Shown here: positions 18,326-27,977 of the stretch, one piece after another
Layout of the letters: each line of letters begins with the position of its first letter
Position numbering within the stretch: position 1 is the stretch's first letter
The notes under the pieces: generated by a model
Database searches by the model: none
What the model was told of the DNA's origin: nothing
Seen by the model: the letters and a program-made list of their open reading frames with translations, nothing else
Position numbers and translations under genes: made by a program
NCBI GenBank assembly: GCA_963833505.1
Contig: CAWHYG010000007.1
Span: 195,964 to 259,963, forward strand
DNA length: 64,000 nucleotides
Reading direction: 5' to 3'
Source of the DNA: Candidatus Eiseniibacteriota bacterium
Lineage (GTDB): Bacteria; Eisenbacteria; RBG-16-71-46; CAIMUX01

Positions 18326-18881
18326 AGGGCTCCTGTCCCGCCCGGACCTGGCTCGCCGCTGCCAGGACCTTCGCCGCCGGAGCGCCCGGATCGTCTTCAC
18401 CAACGGCTGCTTTGACCTGCTCCATGCCGGACATGTGCTCTACCTGGCTGAGGCGAGGGCCCTGGGCGACGTCCTCGTGGTCGGGCTGAATTCCGACACC
18501 AGCGTCCGCCTGCTCAAGGGGCCGACCCGTCCCTTCCAGGACGAGCGGGAACGGGCGCTCCTCTTGCTCTCCTTGCGCTCGGTCGACCTCGTTTCGATCT
18601 TCCCGGAACCCACCCCTTTGGAGTTGATCGGTGCCGTCCAGCCGGATATCCTCGCCAAGGGCGGGGATTATCGCCCGGAGGAGGTTGTTGGGCGGGAGGT
18701 GGTGGAAGCCGCCGGGGGTGAGATCCGTATCATCCCGTTCCATGCCGGATATTCGAGCAGCGCTCTGATCCGGTCCATTCTGCGATCGCTGTTCCCTGGA
18801 GGGCCGGCCCTAGAGCGGTCGCCAGGCGGGCGGCGCGCCGAGGGGATCCGCCGGGGACTGGCCGCGCGCCCACTCCTCTAA
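18300..18881 (+). CDS. hldC: D-glycero-beta-D-manno-heptose-1-phosphate adenylyltransferase (RfaE domain II, cytidylyltransferase-like)
   Basis: Within ORF 18153..18881; start at MDRSISD (18300); motif IVFTNGCFDLLHAGHVLYL typical of the nucleotidyltransferase HxGH family; overlaps hldA 3' end. Confidence 0.8.
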   Translation: MDRSISDPEGLLSRPDLARRCQDLRRRSARIVFTNGCFDLLHAGHVLYLAEARALGDVLVVGLNSDTSVRLLKGPTRPFQDERERALLLLSLRSVDLVSIFPEPTPLELIGAVQPDILAKGGDYRPEEVVGREVVEAAGGEIRIIPFHAGYSSSALIRSILRSLFPGGPALERSPGGRRAEGIRRGLAARPLL

Positions 18882-18945
18882 AACTCGAACTCGGACCGGT
18901 CGTCGTACCACGCTCCGGAAGCTGCCGGAACGGGAAGGGCGACCC

Positions 18946-20295
18946 TTGGGGGCTTCCATGGCATCGACTTCGAAACGAAGGCTGATCGTGCTCGGCGCGG
19001 GCGGCCGGGACTTCCATAACTTCAACGTCTGCTTCCGGCATCGAGACGATGCGACGGTTCTGGCCTTCACGGCGACCCAGATTCCCGGGATCGAGAACCG
19101 CGTCTATCCGCCCAGTCTCGCGGGCGCCGGCTATCCCCAGGGGATTCCGATCATTCCGGAGGAATCCCTGCCCGCCTTTCTCAAGAAGAACCCGGCCGAC
19201 GAGGCGATCTTCGCCTACAGCGACGTCTCGCACGAATACGTGATGCGGAAGGCCAGCTGGGTTTTGTCGATGGGGCTCGATTTCCGGCTCCAGAGCCCCG
19301 TTTCGACCCAGATCGCGAGCGCGCGGCCGGTCATCTCGGTGCTGGCCTCGCGGACCGGCGCGGGCAAGAGCCAGACCACGCGCAAGGTCTGCCGCCTGCT
19401 GCGCGAAGCGGGGCGCAAGGTCGTCGCCATCCGCCATCCCATGCCGTACGGCGACCTGGCTCGCCAGGGGGTCCAGCGGTTCGAGACCGTGGCTGATCTC
19501 GCCCGGCACGAGTGCACGATCGAGGAGATGGAGGAGTACGAGCCCCACGTCGTGGCCGGCACCGTGATCTACGCCGGCGTCGATTACGAGGCCATCCTTC
19601 GCGAGGCCGAGAAGGAGGCCGACGTCATCGTCTGGGACGGCGGCAACAACGACACCTCGTTCTATCGGCCCGACCTCCAGATCCTGGTGGTCGATCCGCT
19701 CCGGGCCGGCGACGAGCTGTCCTACCATCCCGGCAACACCAACCTGCTCATGGCCGACGTCATCGTGATCAACAAGATCGACTCGGCGACCCTCGACCAG
19801 GTGAACGCGCTGCGCCGCAACATCGCGGCCTATGCGCCGGCCGCCCGGGTCATCGACGCCGCCAGCCCGATCTTCGTGGACGACTGGGAGAAGATCCGCG
19901 GCCGCCGGGTCCTGGTGGTGGAGGACGGGCCGACCTTGACGCACGGCGGGATGAAGATGGGCGCGGGCATCGTGGCCGCGCTCAAGTACGGGGCGAAGGA
20001 GATCGTCGATCCCCGGCCCTATCTGGTCGGCTCAATCCTCGAGACCTTCCGGAAGTACCCTGGCATCGGAACGCTGCTTCCCGCCATGGGGTACGGCGAA
20101 GAGCAGGTCCGCGATCTCGAGGCGACCATCCAGCGGACACCGTGCGACCTGGTGTTGATCGGAACGCCGATCGATTTCCGCCGCGTGGTCAAGCTCGACA
20201 AGGACTCGGTGCGGGTCACCTACGAGCTGGAGGAGATCGGCGAGCCGAAGTTGAAGGACGTCCTGGCGAAGTTCCTCGTCGGCGAAAACCGGTAG
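18946..20295 (+). CDS. P-loop NTPase-like protein, tentatively cyclic 2,3-diphosphoglycerate synthetase family
   Basis: ORF 18946..20295, 449 aa; Walker-A-like SRTGAGKSQTT; overall resemblance to bacterial proteins annotated cyclic 2,3-diphosphoglycerate synthetase; family assignment from memory only. Confidence 0.5.
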   Translation: MGASMASTSKRRLIVLGAGGRDFHNFNVCFRHRDDATVLAFTATQIPGIENRVYPPSLAGAGYPQGIPIIPEESLPAFLKKNPADEAIFAYSDVSHEYVMRKASWVLSMGLDFRLQSPVSTQIASARPVISVLASRTGAGKSQTTRKVCRLLREAGRKVVAIRHPMPYGDLARQGVQRFETVADLARHECTIEEMEEYEPHVVAGTVIYAGVDYEAILREAEKEADVIVWDGGNNDTSFYRPDLQILVVDPLRAGDELSYHPGNTNLLMADVIVINKIDSATLDQVNALRRNIAAYAPAARVIDAASPIFVDDWEKIRGRRVLVVEDGPTLTHGGMKMGAGIVAALKYGAKEIVDPRPYLVGSILETFRKYPGIGTLLPAMGYGEEQVRDLEATIQRTPCDLVLIGTPIDFRRVVKLDKDSVRVTYELEEIGEPKLKDVLAKFLVGENR

Positions 20296-20317
20296 CCGGG
20301 CGGGGGACGGGGAGAAT

Positions 20318-20440
20318 CAGCGGCGGGGAGCGCCGCCGAACGGCCCGGACGCGAAGTCGGCGGGAGCGCCGGCGAACGGGCCCGGGCGTGAAGTCGGCGG
20401 GCAGCGCCGCGGAAGGGCCCGGGCGCGGCGGCGCGCCTCC
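20318..20440. repeat. imperfect ~35-bp tandem repeat x3 in the sucC upstream region
   Basis: gcgccgccgaacggcccggacgcgaagtcggcggg / gcgccggcgaacgggcccgggcgtgaagtcggcggg / cagcgccgcggaagggcccgggcg. Confidence 0.5.
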
Positions 20441-20478
20441 GTGGGCACAAGCAGTCCGAGGGGACTGGAGGAGGTTCG

Positions 20479-21612
20479 GTGAACATCCATGAATACCAGG
20501 CCAGGGAGATCTTCCGGGCTCACGGGATCCCCGTGCCCGGAGGCGAAGTGGCTTCGACCCCCGAAGAGGTCGAGGCCGTCGCCGCCCGGTTGGGCGGGCC
20601 GGTGGTGATCAAAGCGCAGGTGCACGCCGGCGGTCGAGGGAAGGCCGGAGGCGTCAAGCTGGCCTCGAGCCCCAAGGAAGCCCGGGAGAAGGCGACCGCC
20701 ATCCTGGGGATGGAGATCAAGGGCCTCAAGGTGCAGAAAGTGCTGGTGGCGCCGGCCCAGGACATCGCGCACGAGTACTACCTCGGGGGCGTGCTCGACC
20801 GCCAGGAAGGGCTGCCGCTCCTGATGGTCTCCCGGGAGGGAGGCATCGACATCGAAGAGGTGGCCCGCACCAAGCCGGCCGCCATCCATCGGCGTCATTT
20901 CGATCCGGTCGGCGGGCTCCACGGCTTCGAGGCGCGCGGCCTGGCCTACGCCATCGAGTCCGACCCGAAGACGGCAGGGCAGATTGCCGCCATCCTCCAG
21001 AAGCTGGCGCGCGCGTTCGTGGCGGTCGACGCATCGCTGGCCGAGATCAACCCCCTGATCCTCACGCGGGGCGGGGACGTGGTGGCCCTCGACGCCAAGA
21101 TCAACCTGGACGACAACGCCCTTTTCCGGCACCCCGAGCTGGCCGCGCTTCGCGACCTTTCGGCGGAGCTTCCCGAAGAGGATGTGGCGCGCAAGCAGGG
21201 TCTCTCCTACATCAAGCTCGACGGCAACATCGGATGCGTGGTCAACGGCGCCGGTCTGGCCATGGCGACCATGGATCTGGTCAAGCACTCCGGCGGGATG
21301 CCGGCCAACTTCCTCGACATCGGCGGATCCTCCGATCCGGAGAAGGTGGTCACCGCGATCCGCATCATCACCGCAGATCGCAATGTGCGCTCGATCCTCT
21401 TCAACATCTTCGGCGGGATCACGCGCTGCGACGACGTGGCCAAGGGGCTCAAGGAGGCGGTCACCCGCACCGGGGTCAAGCTCCCGATCGTGATCCGGCT
21501 GACCGGCACGAACGAGGCCGAGGCCCGCGAGATTCTGAAGGGGACGCCCGGGTTGACCTCGGCCGAGTCGATGGACGAGGCGGTCCGGCTCGCGGTCGAG
21601 TTGGCGGTCTGA
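20479..21612 (+). CDS. sucC: succinyl-CoA synthetase (ADP-forming) beta subunit
   Basis: ORF 20479..21612, 377 aa; [20 protein letters not shown] ... classic SucC N-terminus (ATP-grasp); GTG start preceded by ggaggag RBS. Confidence 0.95.
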   Translation: MNIHEYQAREIFRAHGIPVPGGEVASTPEEVEAVAARLGGPVVIKAQVHAGGRGKAGGVKLASSPKEAREKATAILGMEIKGLKVQKVLVAPAQDIAHEYYLGGVLDRQEGLPLLMVSREGGIDIEEVARTKPAAIHRRHFDPVGGLHGFEARGLAYAIESDPKTAGQIAAILQKLARAFVAVDASLAEINPLILTRGGDVVALDAKINLDDNALFRHPELAALRDLSAELPEEDVARKQGLSYIKLDGNIGCVVNGAGLAMATMDLVKHSGGMPANFLDIGGSSDPEKVVTAIRIITADRNVRSILFNIFGGITRCDDVAKGLKEAVTRTGVKLPIVIRLTGTNEAEAREILKGTPGLTSAESMDEAVRLAVELAV

Positions 21613-21626
21613 AGGGAGGTGCCGGC

Positions 21627-22502
21627 ATGAGCATTCTGATCGACGAAAGGACGAAGCTGGTGGTGCAGGGGATCACCGGACGGGACGGCTCCTTCCACGC
21701 ACGGGCCATGAAGGCGTACGGAACCAACGTGGTGGCCGGTGTGACGCCGGGCAAGGGAGGCGGATCCCTCGACGGCATCCCGATCTTCAACACGGTGCGC
21801 GAAGCGGTCGCGGAGACCGGGGCGAACGCCTCCGTCATCTACGTCCCGCCGGCCGCCGCTCCCGACGCCATCCTTGAGGCGGCCGACGCCGGGGTCGGCC
21901 TGGTGGTGGCGGTGACCGAAGGCATCCCGACCCTCGACATGGTTCCGGTGATCCGCGAGCTCCGGGCCCGCGGCTGCCGGCTGGTTGGGCCCAACTGCCC
22001 GGGCCTGATCTCGCCCGGCAAGGCCAAGGTCGGCATCATGCCGGGAGACATCCATCGTCTCGGGCCGGTCGGGGTCGTGTCGCGAAGCGGAACCCTCACG
22101 TACGAGATGGTTCACCAGCTCACGAAGAACGGGATCGGACAATCGACCTGCATCGGGATCGGCGGAGACCCGATCGTCGGCACGACCTTCATGGACGTGC
22201 TGCCGCTCTTCCAGGCCGACCCCGAGACCAAGGCGGTCGTCATGATCGGCGAGATCGGAGGCACCGCCGAGGAAGAGGCGGCCGCCTACATCCGGGAGAA
22301 GATGACCAAGCCGGTGGTCGGATTCATCGCCGGACAGACCGCTCCTCCGGGCAAGCGCATGGGCCATGCGGGCGCCATCATCGCGGGGGGCAAGGGCACC
22401 GCGGCGGAGAAGATGCAGGCCCTGGGCGCGGCCGGGATTCCGGTGGCCATGATCCCATCCGAGGTGGGGCCGCTGATCCGGCGCGCGCTCAATCTGTCCT
22501 GA
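21627..22502 (+). CDS. sucD: succinyl-CoA synthetase alpha subunit
   Basis: In-frame ATG (residue 132 of ORF 21234..22502): [25 protein letters not shown] ... SRSGTLTYE ... GHAGAII; RBS gaagggagg upstream. Confidence 0.95.
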   Translation: MSILIDERTKLVVQGITGRDGSFHARAMKAYGTNVVAGVTPGKGGGSLDGIPIFNTVREAVAETGANASVIYVPPAAAPDAILEAADAGVGLVVAVTEGIPTLDMVPVIRELRARGCRLVGPNCPGLISPGKAKVGIMPGDIHRLGPVGVVSRSGTLTYEMVHQLTKNGIGQSTCIGIGGDPIVGTTFMDVLPLFQADPETKAVVMIGEIGGTAEEEAAAYIREKMTKPVVGFIAGQTAPPGKRMGHAGAIIAGGKGTAAEKMQALGAAGIPVAMIPSEVGPLIRRALNLS

Positions 22503-22617
22503 GCCCGGAGCGCCGGTTCGGATAGGCTGGCCGGGGGGCCGGATGTTCGGGACGTGCGGCGTCCTGTGCCGGCCCCGGCGCGGTGGGGCCGCGGGTTCGG
22601 CAAGGAAGGAGGCAGGA

Positions 22618-23034
22618 TTGGATCGGACACTCATGATGATCAAGCCCGACGCGGTGGAGCGGCGGCTCATCGGCCGGATCCTGGAACGCGTGGAATCGGC
22701 CGGGCTGAGCGTCGCTCGACTGCGGATGGCGCGCCTCACCGAGGCTGAGGCCCGGGCCTTCTATCGGGTGCACGAGGGAAAGCCGTTTCTCGATTCCCTG
22801 GTCGCCTTCATGTCCTCCGGCCCCGTGGTCGTCCTGGTGGTCGAGGGGGAGAACGCCGTCCGCCGCCTCATGGACCTGATCGGTCCGACCGATCCGGCCA
22901 AGGCCGAACCCGGCACGATCCGCCGGGACTTCGGACTGTCCATCGAGAAGAACTCCGTTCATCGTTCCGATTCGACGGAGACCGCCGAGAGCGAGATCGC
23001 GTTCTTCAAGCTCGGGCTGGAGCTTCGAAGCTGA
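22618..23034 (+). CDS. ndk: nucleoside diphosphate kinase
   Basis: Within ORF 22543..23034; LDRTLMMIKPDAVERRLIGRILERVE ... NSVHRSDS; start taken at TTG 22618 after aaggaaggagg RBS (ATG 22633 is an alternative). Confidence 0.9.
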   Translation: MDRTLMMIKPDAVERRLIGRILERVESAGLSVARLRMARLTEAEARAFYRVHEGKPFLDSLVAFMSSGPVVVLVVEGENAVRRLMDLIGPTDPAKAEPGTIRRDFGLSIEKNSVHRSDSTETAESEIAFFKLGLELRS

Positions 23035-23052
23035 AGCGCGGAGGAGACTCCA

Positions 23053-23604
23053 GTGAACCCATCCGGGCCCTTCGTGCTGTCGCTGCACGACCTCGAAGAG
23101 GGGGAGACGCACCTGGAGATGGTCGGAACCGGTTCCGACCTGGAACTCTCGCGGGACGAGCTGGCGCTGTCCCAGCCGGTCGTGCTGCGCGCCAAGGTCT
23201 TCCGGGCCGCCTACCATGTGGAGGTCCAGGGGACCCTCCTGACGACCGCGGATCTGGTCTGTGATCGCTGTCTCGAACCGATCCGGCGCGCGCTCGAGAT
23301 CCCGTTTCGGGTATTCTCCGAGCGGCAGGAGACCCGGGACCACCGGACCAGACAGGAAATGCGTGAAGAGGATCCCGGGATCGTCTACCATGATGGGCAG
23401 TTTGTGGTTCTGACCGACGAAGTGAGACAGGAGCTTCTGGTGGAGAAGCCCTGGCACGTCGTCTGCCGGCCGGACTGCCTGGGGCTCTGCCCGCGCTGCG
23501 GAGGCAACCGCAACGTGAGCGGCTGCACCTGTCCGGATCGCCGGGATCAGGACAGCCCCGACGCGGAACGCATGGACTCGAAACCAAGAATTGAGTCGGA
23601 GTAG
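23053..23604 (+). CDS. yceD: YceD/DUF177 family protein (large-subunit rRNA accumulation factor)
   Basis: ORF 23053..23604, 183 aa; C-terminal CxxC...CxxC (CDRCLEP ... CLGLCPRCG); conserved position upstream of rpmF-plsX-fab operon. Confidence 0.8.
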   Translation: MNPSGPFVLSLHDLEEGETHLEMVGTGSDLELSRDELALSQPVVLRAKVFRAAYHVEVQGTLLTTADLVCDRCLEPIRRALEIPFRVFSERQETRDHRTRQEMREEDPGIVYHDGQFVVLTDEVRQELLVEKPWHVVCRPDCLGLCPRCGGNRNVSGCTCPDRRDQDSPDAERMDSKPRIESE

Positions 23605-25510
23605 GAACCATGGTCACCCATAGCCCCCTCCACAGAACCGGACGAGCGGGACTACCGCATCCGGCTCCCACCTTGGGTCATCACGCCCAGGCGCTGATTG
23701 GGCCAGGGTTGACAGATCCGGGGAATTGGGAGCCATTGAGTCACCAAGCGTTTCCATCGGACGACCGTGAGCCGCGTCGTCTGACTTCGGCGGCGGAGAC
23801 TCCGCCCCCATCGCCAGGACACCGCGTTGCGGAAGGCCGAGAGGGCCGGTCCGTTTCGAGGCACCCCGTAATAGCGGTAGTGCCCGAGCAGGACCGTCCG
23901 CAGGTAGGCTCCTTGGTCCGGGACGGGGTCGTGCAGTCGCCTCCGGAGTTCGCTGCCGATCTCCTTGAGCTTCGCCTGCCACCGCTTGCGCATCGTCTGC
24001 CGCAGCACCGTGAACTTCCCCCGCCGGGTCTTCCCGCAATGTGCGTGAAGCCAAGGAAGTTGAAGGTCGGGGGCTTCCCGTCCCCCCGATCGCGTCGGTT
24101 CTTCTCGGCGAAGCGACCGAACTCGATCAGGCGGGTCTTTTCCGGGTGCAGCTCCAGCCCGAACTTTGCGAAGCGTTCGCGCAGCTCGACCAGGAACCGC
24201 TCGGCCACGTCTCGATGCTGGAACCCAACCACGAAGTCATCGACAAAACGCACCACGACCACGTCGCCGCGCGCTTGCTTCGTTCTCCATCGCTGGATCC
24301 ACAGGTCGAGAGCATAGTGCAGGTAGACGTTGGCCAGGAGGGGACTGATCGACCCGCCCTGAACCGTGCCCACCCTCCCGGCGATGCGCTTCCCCTCCTC
24401 CAGCACGCCGGCCTTGAGCCACTTCAGGATCAAGCGCACGACCCGCTGGTCCGCGATCCGGTGCTCGATGAATTTCCGCAGCCATCCATGGTCGAGGGTA
24501 TCGAAGAACGACCGGATGTCGGCGTCGAGCACCCAGCTCACCTTCTTCCGTTCGATCCCGACCGTGAGTGCATCCAGCGCTTGATGCGGGCTGCGTCCCG
24601 GTCGGGAACCATAGGAAAATCCGAGGAAGTCGATTTCGTAGATGGCGTTCAACACCTCGACCACCGCACGCTGGACGATCTTGTCCTCCAGCGTCGGAAC
24701 TCCGAGCGGCCGCTGCCGCCCGTCGGTCTTGGGGATGTACGCTCGCCGAACCGGCTTCGCCCGATACGCTCCTCGCTTCAGCCTTTCGGAAAGGTCTCGG
24801 AGGTTCTCTTCCAAGTTTTCCCCGTAGTGCTGCCAGGTCTCGCCGTCGATTCCTGCCGCCGCGTTCTTCTTCAGGGCGAAGTAGCCCGCGCGCAGTCGAT
24901 CCACGTCGTAGACATGGTGCAGGAGCGTGGTGAACCGCTGTTTCCTGTCCTTTCTTGCCGCCTGTCGTACCCGCTCCAGTCCGCTGGGCACGCACTCCCG
25001 GCTCTGTGTCCGGTGCGTGTCGGCTTCGAGCGAGTTCCCCTTGGCCCGACCCCTTCCCTCCATCACCTCCGCCACCGGTCGCCCGGCACCGTTCGGCGAC
25101 TTCCCCGGTACTACGGGTCGGTCCGACCTCCCACCTTCGTCCATCATCGGCGTGCGCCTTTCGGCTTCCCGATGCGGTCTGGGCATACCCTGCTTCCAGA
25201 CGAGGGCGGGATCTCCCGGTTCCCATGCAAGGTGACTCCGAACGTGCTCAGGGCCTCTGACCGCGCGGGGTCCCTCGGCGTCTCGCCATGGCGACGCCCA
25301 GGGTGTGGCCTTCCGCTAACCTCCACAGCGTCGGCACCCCGAAGTGATTCATGGATTACGCGGCTCAATACCCGGCCCGCCCGTACCCCTGTCAACGCTT
25401 CACTCCCGGCCTCGCGGCCGACAGCGCATGACTCGGGGCCATCGTGGGTGGCTGGCCCTTCGATGTATGACTCTTTCATTCACTTCACCTCGCCGGTTTG
25501 ACCGGCGCAC
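23605..25510 (-). mobile_element. bacterial group II intron (~1.9 kb) in antisense orientation between yceD and rpmF
   Basis: Minus strand starts GTGCGCCGG (GUGYG 5' consensus) at 25510; domain-V-like hairpin GAGCCGGAUGCGG-UAGU-CCCGCUCGUCCGGUUC at 23635..23667 with AGC triad; encodes an RT/maturase ORF; 3' boundary approximate (+/-5 nt). Confidence 0.8.
23652..25186 (-). CDS. group II intron-encoded reverse transcriptase/maturase (apparent -1 frameshift after FLGFTHI, near 24010-24040)
   Basis: ORF 23741..25186 carries RT motifs (AAGIDGETW, RRAYIPKTDGRQRPLGVPTLEDKIVQ, VVRFVDDFVVGF, FLGFTHI); ORF 23652..24008 in another frame carries the maturase/X domain (LRQTMRKRWQAKLKEI ... LLGHYRYYGVP); junction reads attgcgggaagacc where ggaaag would restore the frame. 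Confidence 0.85.
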
Positions 25511-25519
25511 GGAGGCACC

Positions 25520-25699
25520 ATGGCCCTGCCCAAGAGGCGACACTCGAGCGCACGGCGGGACAAGCGCAAGGCGAACTGGAAACTGGCGGCCCCGCCCGCT
25601 TCGAAGTGCTCCAACTGCGGAGCCGTCAAGCGCCCCCATTACGTCTGCCCGCAGTGCGGCTACTATCGGGACGAGGAGTTCGTGGTCGTCGAGAGCTGA
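25520..25699 (+). CDS. rpmF: 50S ribosomal protein L32
   Basis: 59-aa ORF below track cutoff, read directly: MALPKRRHSSARRDKRKANWKLAAPPASKCSNCGAVKRPHYVCPQCGYYRDEEFVVVES; ggagg RBS 5 nt upstream. Confidence 0.85.
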   Translation: MALPKRRHSSARRDKRKANWKLAAPPASKCSNCGAVKRPHYVCPQCGYYRDEEFVVVES

Positions 25700-25765
25700 G
25701 GCGCCGGCCCGTCCGAGCGCAGCTCGAGTCATGCGAAGGCATCTTGAGGCAGACACGAGGCCGTC

Positions 25766-26842
25766 TTGGACCGCTTGGGGCCTGGTGAGGGCGGCTTGAC
25801 CGATCTCGTTCGCCGCAGGCGAGTGGCCGTCGACGCCATGGGGGGAGACACCGGTCCCGCGGTGATCGTGGCCGGAGCCGTTGAGGCCGCGCGCCGCTAC
25901 TTTGACACCACCCAGGTCGTCCTGGTCGGCGACGAAAGCGAGATCCGCCGCCATCTGGACCGGACCGTCGAGGAGGAGCTCGGCGTCGAAGTCGTCCACA
26001 CCAGCCAGACCATCGATATGGGGGAGTCCGCGACCAGCGTCTACCGCCAGCGGCAGGATGCCTCCGTGGTCGTGGCCACCCGGTTGCTCGGAGCCGGGAA
26101 GGTGGACGCCTTGGTTTCCGCGGGCAACACCGGAGCGGTCGTGACCTCGAGCCTGCTCGAGCTCGGGCGGGTCAAAGGGGTGGCGCGTCCGGCCATCGCC
26201 AGCCTGGTGCCGACTCCCACGGGACACACGGTGCTCCTGGACGTGGGCGCGAACTCCGACACCAAGCCGCTCCATCTGTTCCAGTTCGCGATCATGGGAA
26301 GGATCTACGCCCAGTATGTGTTCGACGTGGCCGATCCGCGCGTCGGGCTGCTCAACATCGGCGAGGAGAGCAGCAAGGGCTCGGAAGTGGCCCAGCAGGC
26401 CAACAAGATCCTGGAAGCGAGCCGGGCCAACCTTCACTTCATCGGCAACGTGGAAGGTCGCGACATCCTCCGCGGCACGGCGGACGTGGTCGTCTGCGAC
26501 GGGTTCACCGGCAACGTGATCATCAAGTTCGCGGAGAGCGTGGTCTGGATGGCGGTCGAGTCGGCGCGCCGCGAGCTGGCCAACAATCTGAAGTTCAAGT
26601 TCGGGGCTCTGCTGCTGAAACCGGTGCTGCATCGGTTGCGAAACCGGCTGAATTACGAGGAATATGGGGGGGCGCCGCTGCTCGGTGTGAACGGGGTAGT
26701 CGTGATCGGCCATGGCCGGTCCTCGGCCAAGGCGATCATGAACGCGATCCGCGTGGCTGACAAAGGTGCCCGGGAACGGATCGACCAGAAAATCAGAGAG
26801 GAACTGGCCCGTGAACAGGGAAGCGAAGAGGCAGCTGGTTAG
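25766..26842 (+). CDS. plsX: phosphate acyltransferase PlsX
   Basis: ORF 25766..26842; VAVDAMGGDTGPAVIV ... SAGNTGAVV ... CDGFTGNV motifs; true start may be the GTG at ~25823. Confidence 0.9.
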   Translation: MDRLGPGEGGLTDLVRRRRVAVDAMGGDTGPAVIVAGAVEAARRYFDTTQVVLVGDESEIRRHLDRTVEEELGVEVVHTSQTIDMGESATSVYRQRQDASVVVATRLLGAGKVDALVSAGNTGAVVTSSLLELGRVKGVARPAIASLVPTPTGHTVLLDVGANSDTKPLHLFQFAIMGRIYAQYVFDVADPRVGLLNIGEESSKGSEVAQQANKILEASRANLHFIGNVEGRDILRGTADVVVCDGFTGNVIIKFAESVVWMAVESARRELANNLKFKFGALLLKPVLHRLRNRLNYEEYGGAPLLGVNGVVVIGHGRSSAKAIMNAIRVADKGARERIDQKIREELAREQGSEEAAG

Positions 26843-27821
26843 GGAGGTTCGCTTCGTCTCGACCGGTCGGTATGCCAATGAGAACCGGATCCTCACGAAC
26901 CAGGATCTCGAGAGGATGGTCGACACCTCGGACGAGTGGATCACGACTCGGACCGGGATCAAGGAACGGCGGATGGCCGAGCCGGAGCAGGCGGCCTCCG
27001 ATCTGGCCTATCCGGCCGGCAAGCAGGCGATGGAGCGCGCCGGGGTCCGGCCCGAAGATCTCGACGCCATCATCGTCGCCACCGTGACCGGCGATCACTG
27101 GTTCCCGTCCACCGCCTGCCTCCTGCAGGCGCGTTTCGGTGCCGTCAACGCCTACTGCATGGACGTCATGGCGGGCTGCTCCGGATTCCTCTATGCCACC
27201 CAGACCGCGCGCGGTCTCATCGCTTCCGGTTTCGCCGACACGGTGCTGGTGATCGGCGTCGAAGTGCTGACCCGCATCACCGACTGGCAGGATCGCAGCA
27301 CCTGCATCCTCTTCGGCGACGCCGCCGCGGCCGCGATCTTGAAGCCCGGGGACGAAGACCACCGGATCCTCGGCCTCAGGCTCGGCGCGGACGGCACCAA
27401 CTCTTCCCTGATCGAGCTGCCCGCCGGCGGGACGCGGATGCCGATCACTCCGGAGGTGCTGGCAGGGCGCCTGAACTACATCCGCATGAAGGGCAACGAG
27501 GTCTTCAAGCTCGGCGTCCGGGGGATGGAGGAGGTCGCGAGGCAGGTGCTGGATGAAACCGGTTACACACCGGCCGATCTCAAGCTCCTGATCCCGCACC
27601 AGGCGAATCTGCGAATCATCGAAGCCACCGCGAAGCGGCTCGAGGTTCCGCCGGAAAAAGTCTATTGCAACATCCAAAAATACGGCAATACTTCGTCCGC
27701 ATCCGTCCCGCTGGCCCTGGACGAAGCGCTGGTCGAGGGGCGCGTCGTCGAGGGCGATCTCGTGCTCATGGTGGTGTTCGGCGCGGGTCTGACCTGGGGC
27801 GCGGGACTGATCCGCTGGTGA
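26811..27821 (+). CDS. fabH: 3-oxoacyl-ACP synthase III
   Basis: Within ORF 26766..27821; NQDLERMVDTSDEWITTRTGI, AGCSGF, HQANLRI, GNTSSASVP motifs; start set at in-frame GTG, overlapping plsX 3' end. Confidence 0.9.
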   Translation: MNREAKRQLVREVRFVSTGRYANENRILTNQDLERMVDTSDEWITTRTGIKERRMAEPEQAASDLAYPAGKQAMERAGVRPEDLDAIIVATVTGDHWFPSTACLLQARFGAVNAYCMDVMAGCSGFLYATQTARGLIASGFADTVLVIGVEVLTRITDWQDRSTCILFGDAAAAAILKPGDEDHRILGLRLGADGTNSSLIELPAGGTRMPITPEVLAGRLNYIRMKGNEVFKLGVRGMEEVARQVLDETGYTPADLKLLIPHQANLRIIEATAKRLEVPPEKVYCNIQKYGNTSSASVPLALDEALVEGRVVEGDLVLMVVFGAGLTWGAGLIRW

Positions 27822-27977
27822 GGTCCCAGCAGGGGGCCGGCGGCGCGGAATCGACGGCCCTCGATCTGGAGGCGACGGAGGCGCTTCACCCACCGGGCCG
27901 ACTCGTCGGGGACGACGCCGGCGAACCGAAGGAGCCGGTTTCGCCCGCGGCCATGGTGGTCACGCCGTGAGGCGGCG

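Noticed and set aside
16607-18403. 598-aa minus-strand ORF antisense to hldA
   Set aside because: Antisense to a well-supported kinase gene; composition is Arg/Gly-rich with no motifs.
18730-19944. 404-aa minus-strand ORF antisense to the P-loop protein gene
   Set aside because: The + strand ORF has a Walker A motif and coherent composition; the antisense ORF does not.
24041-25501. 486-aa + strand ORF across the intron
   Set aside because: It is the antisense of the group II intron RT/maturase, whose RT motifs are unambiguous on the minus strand.
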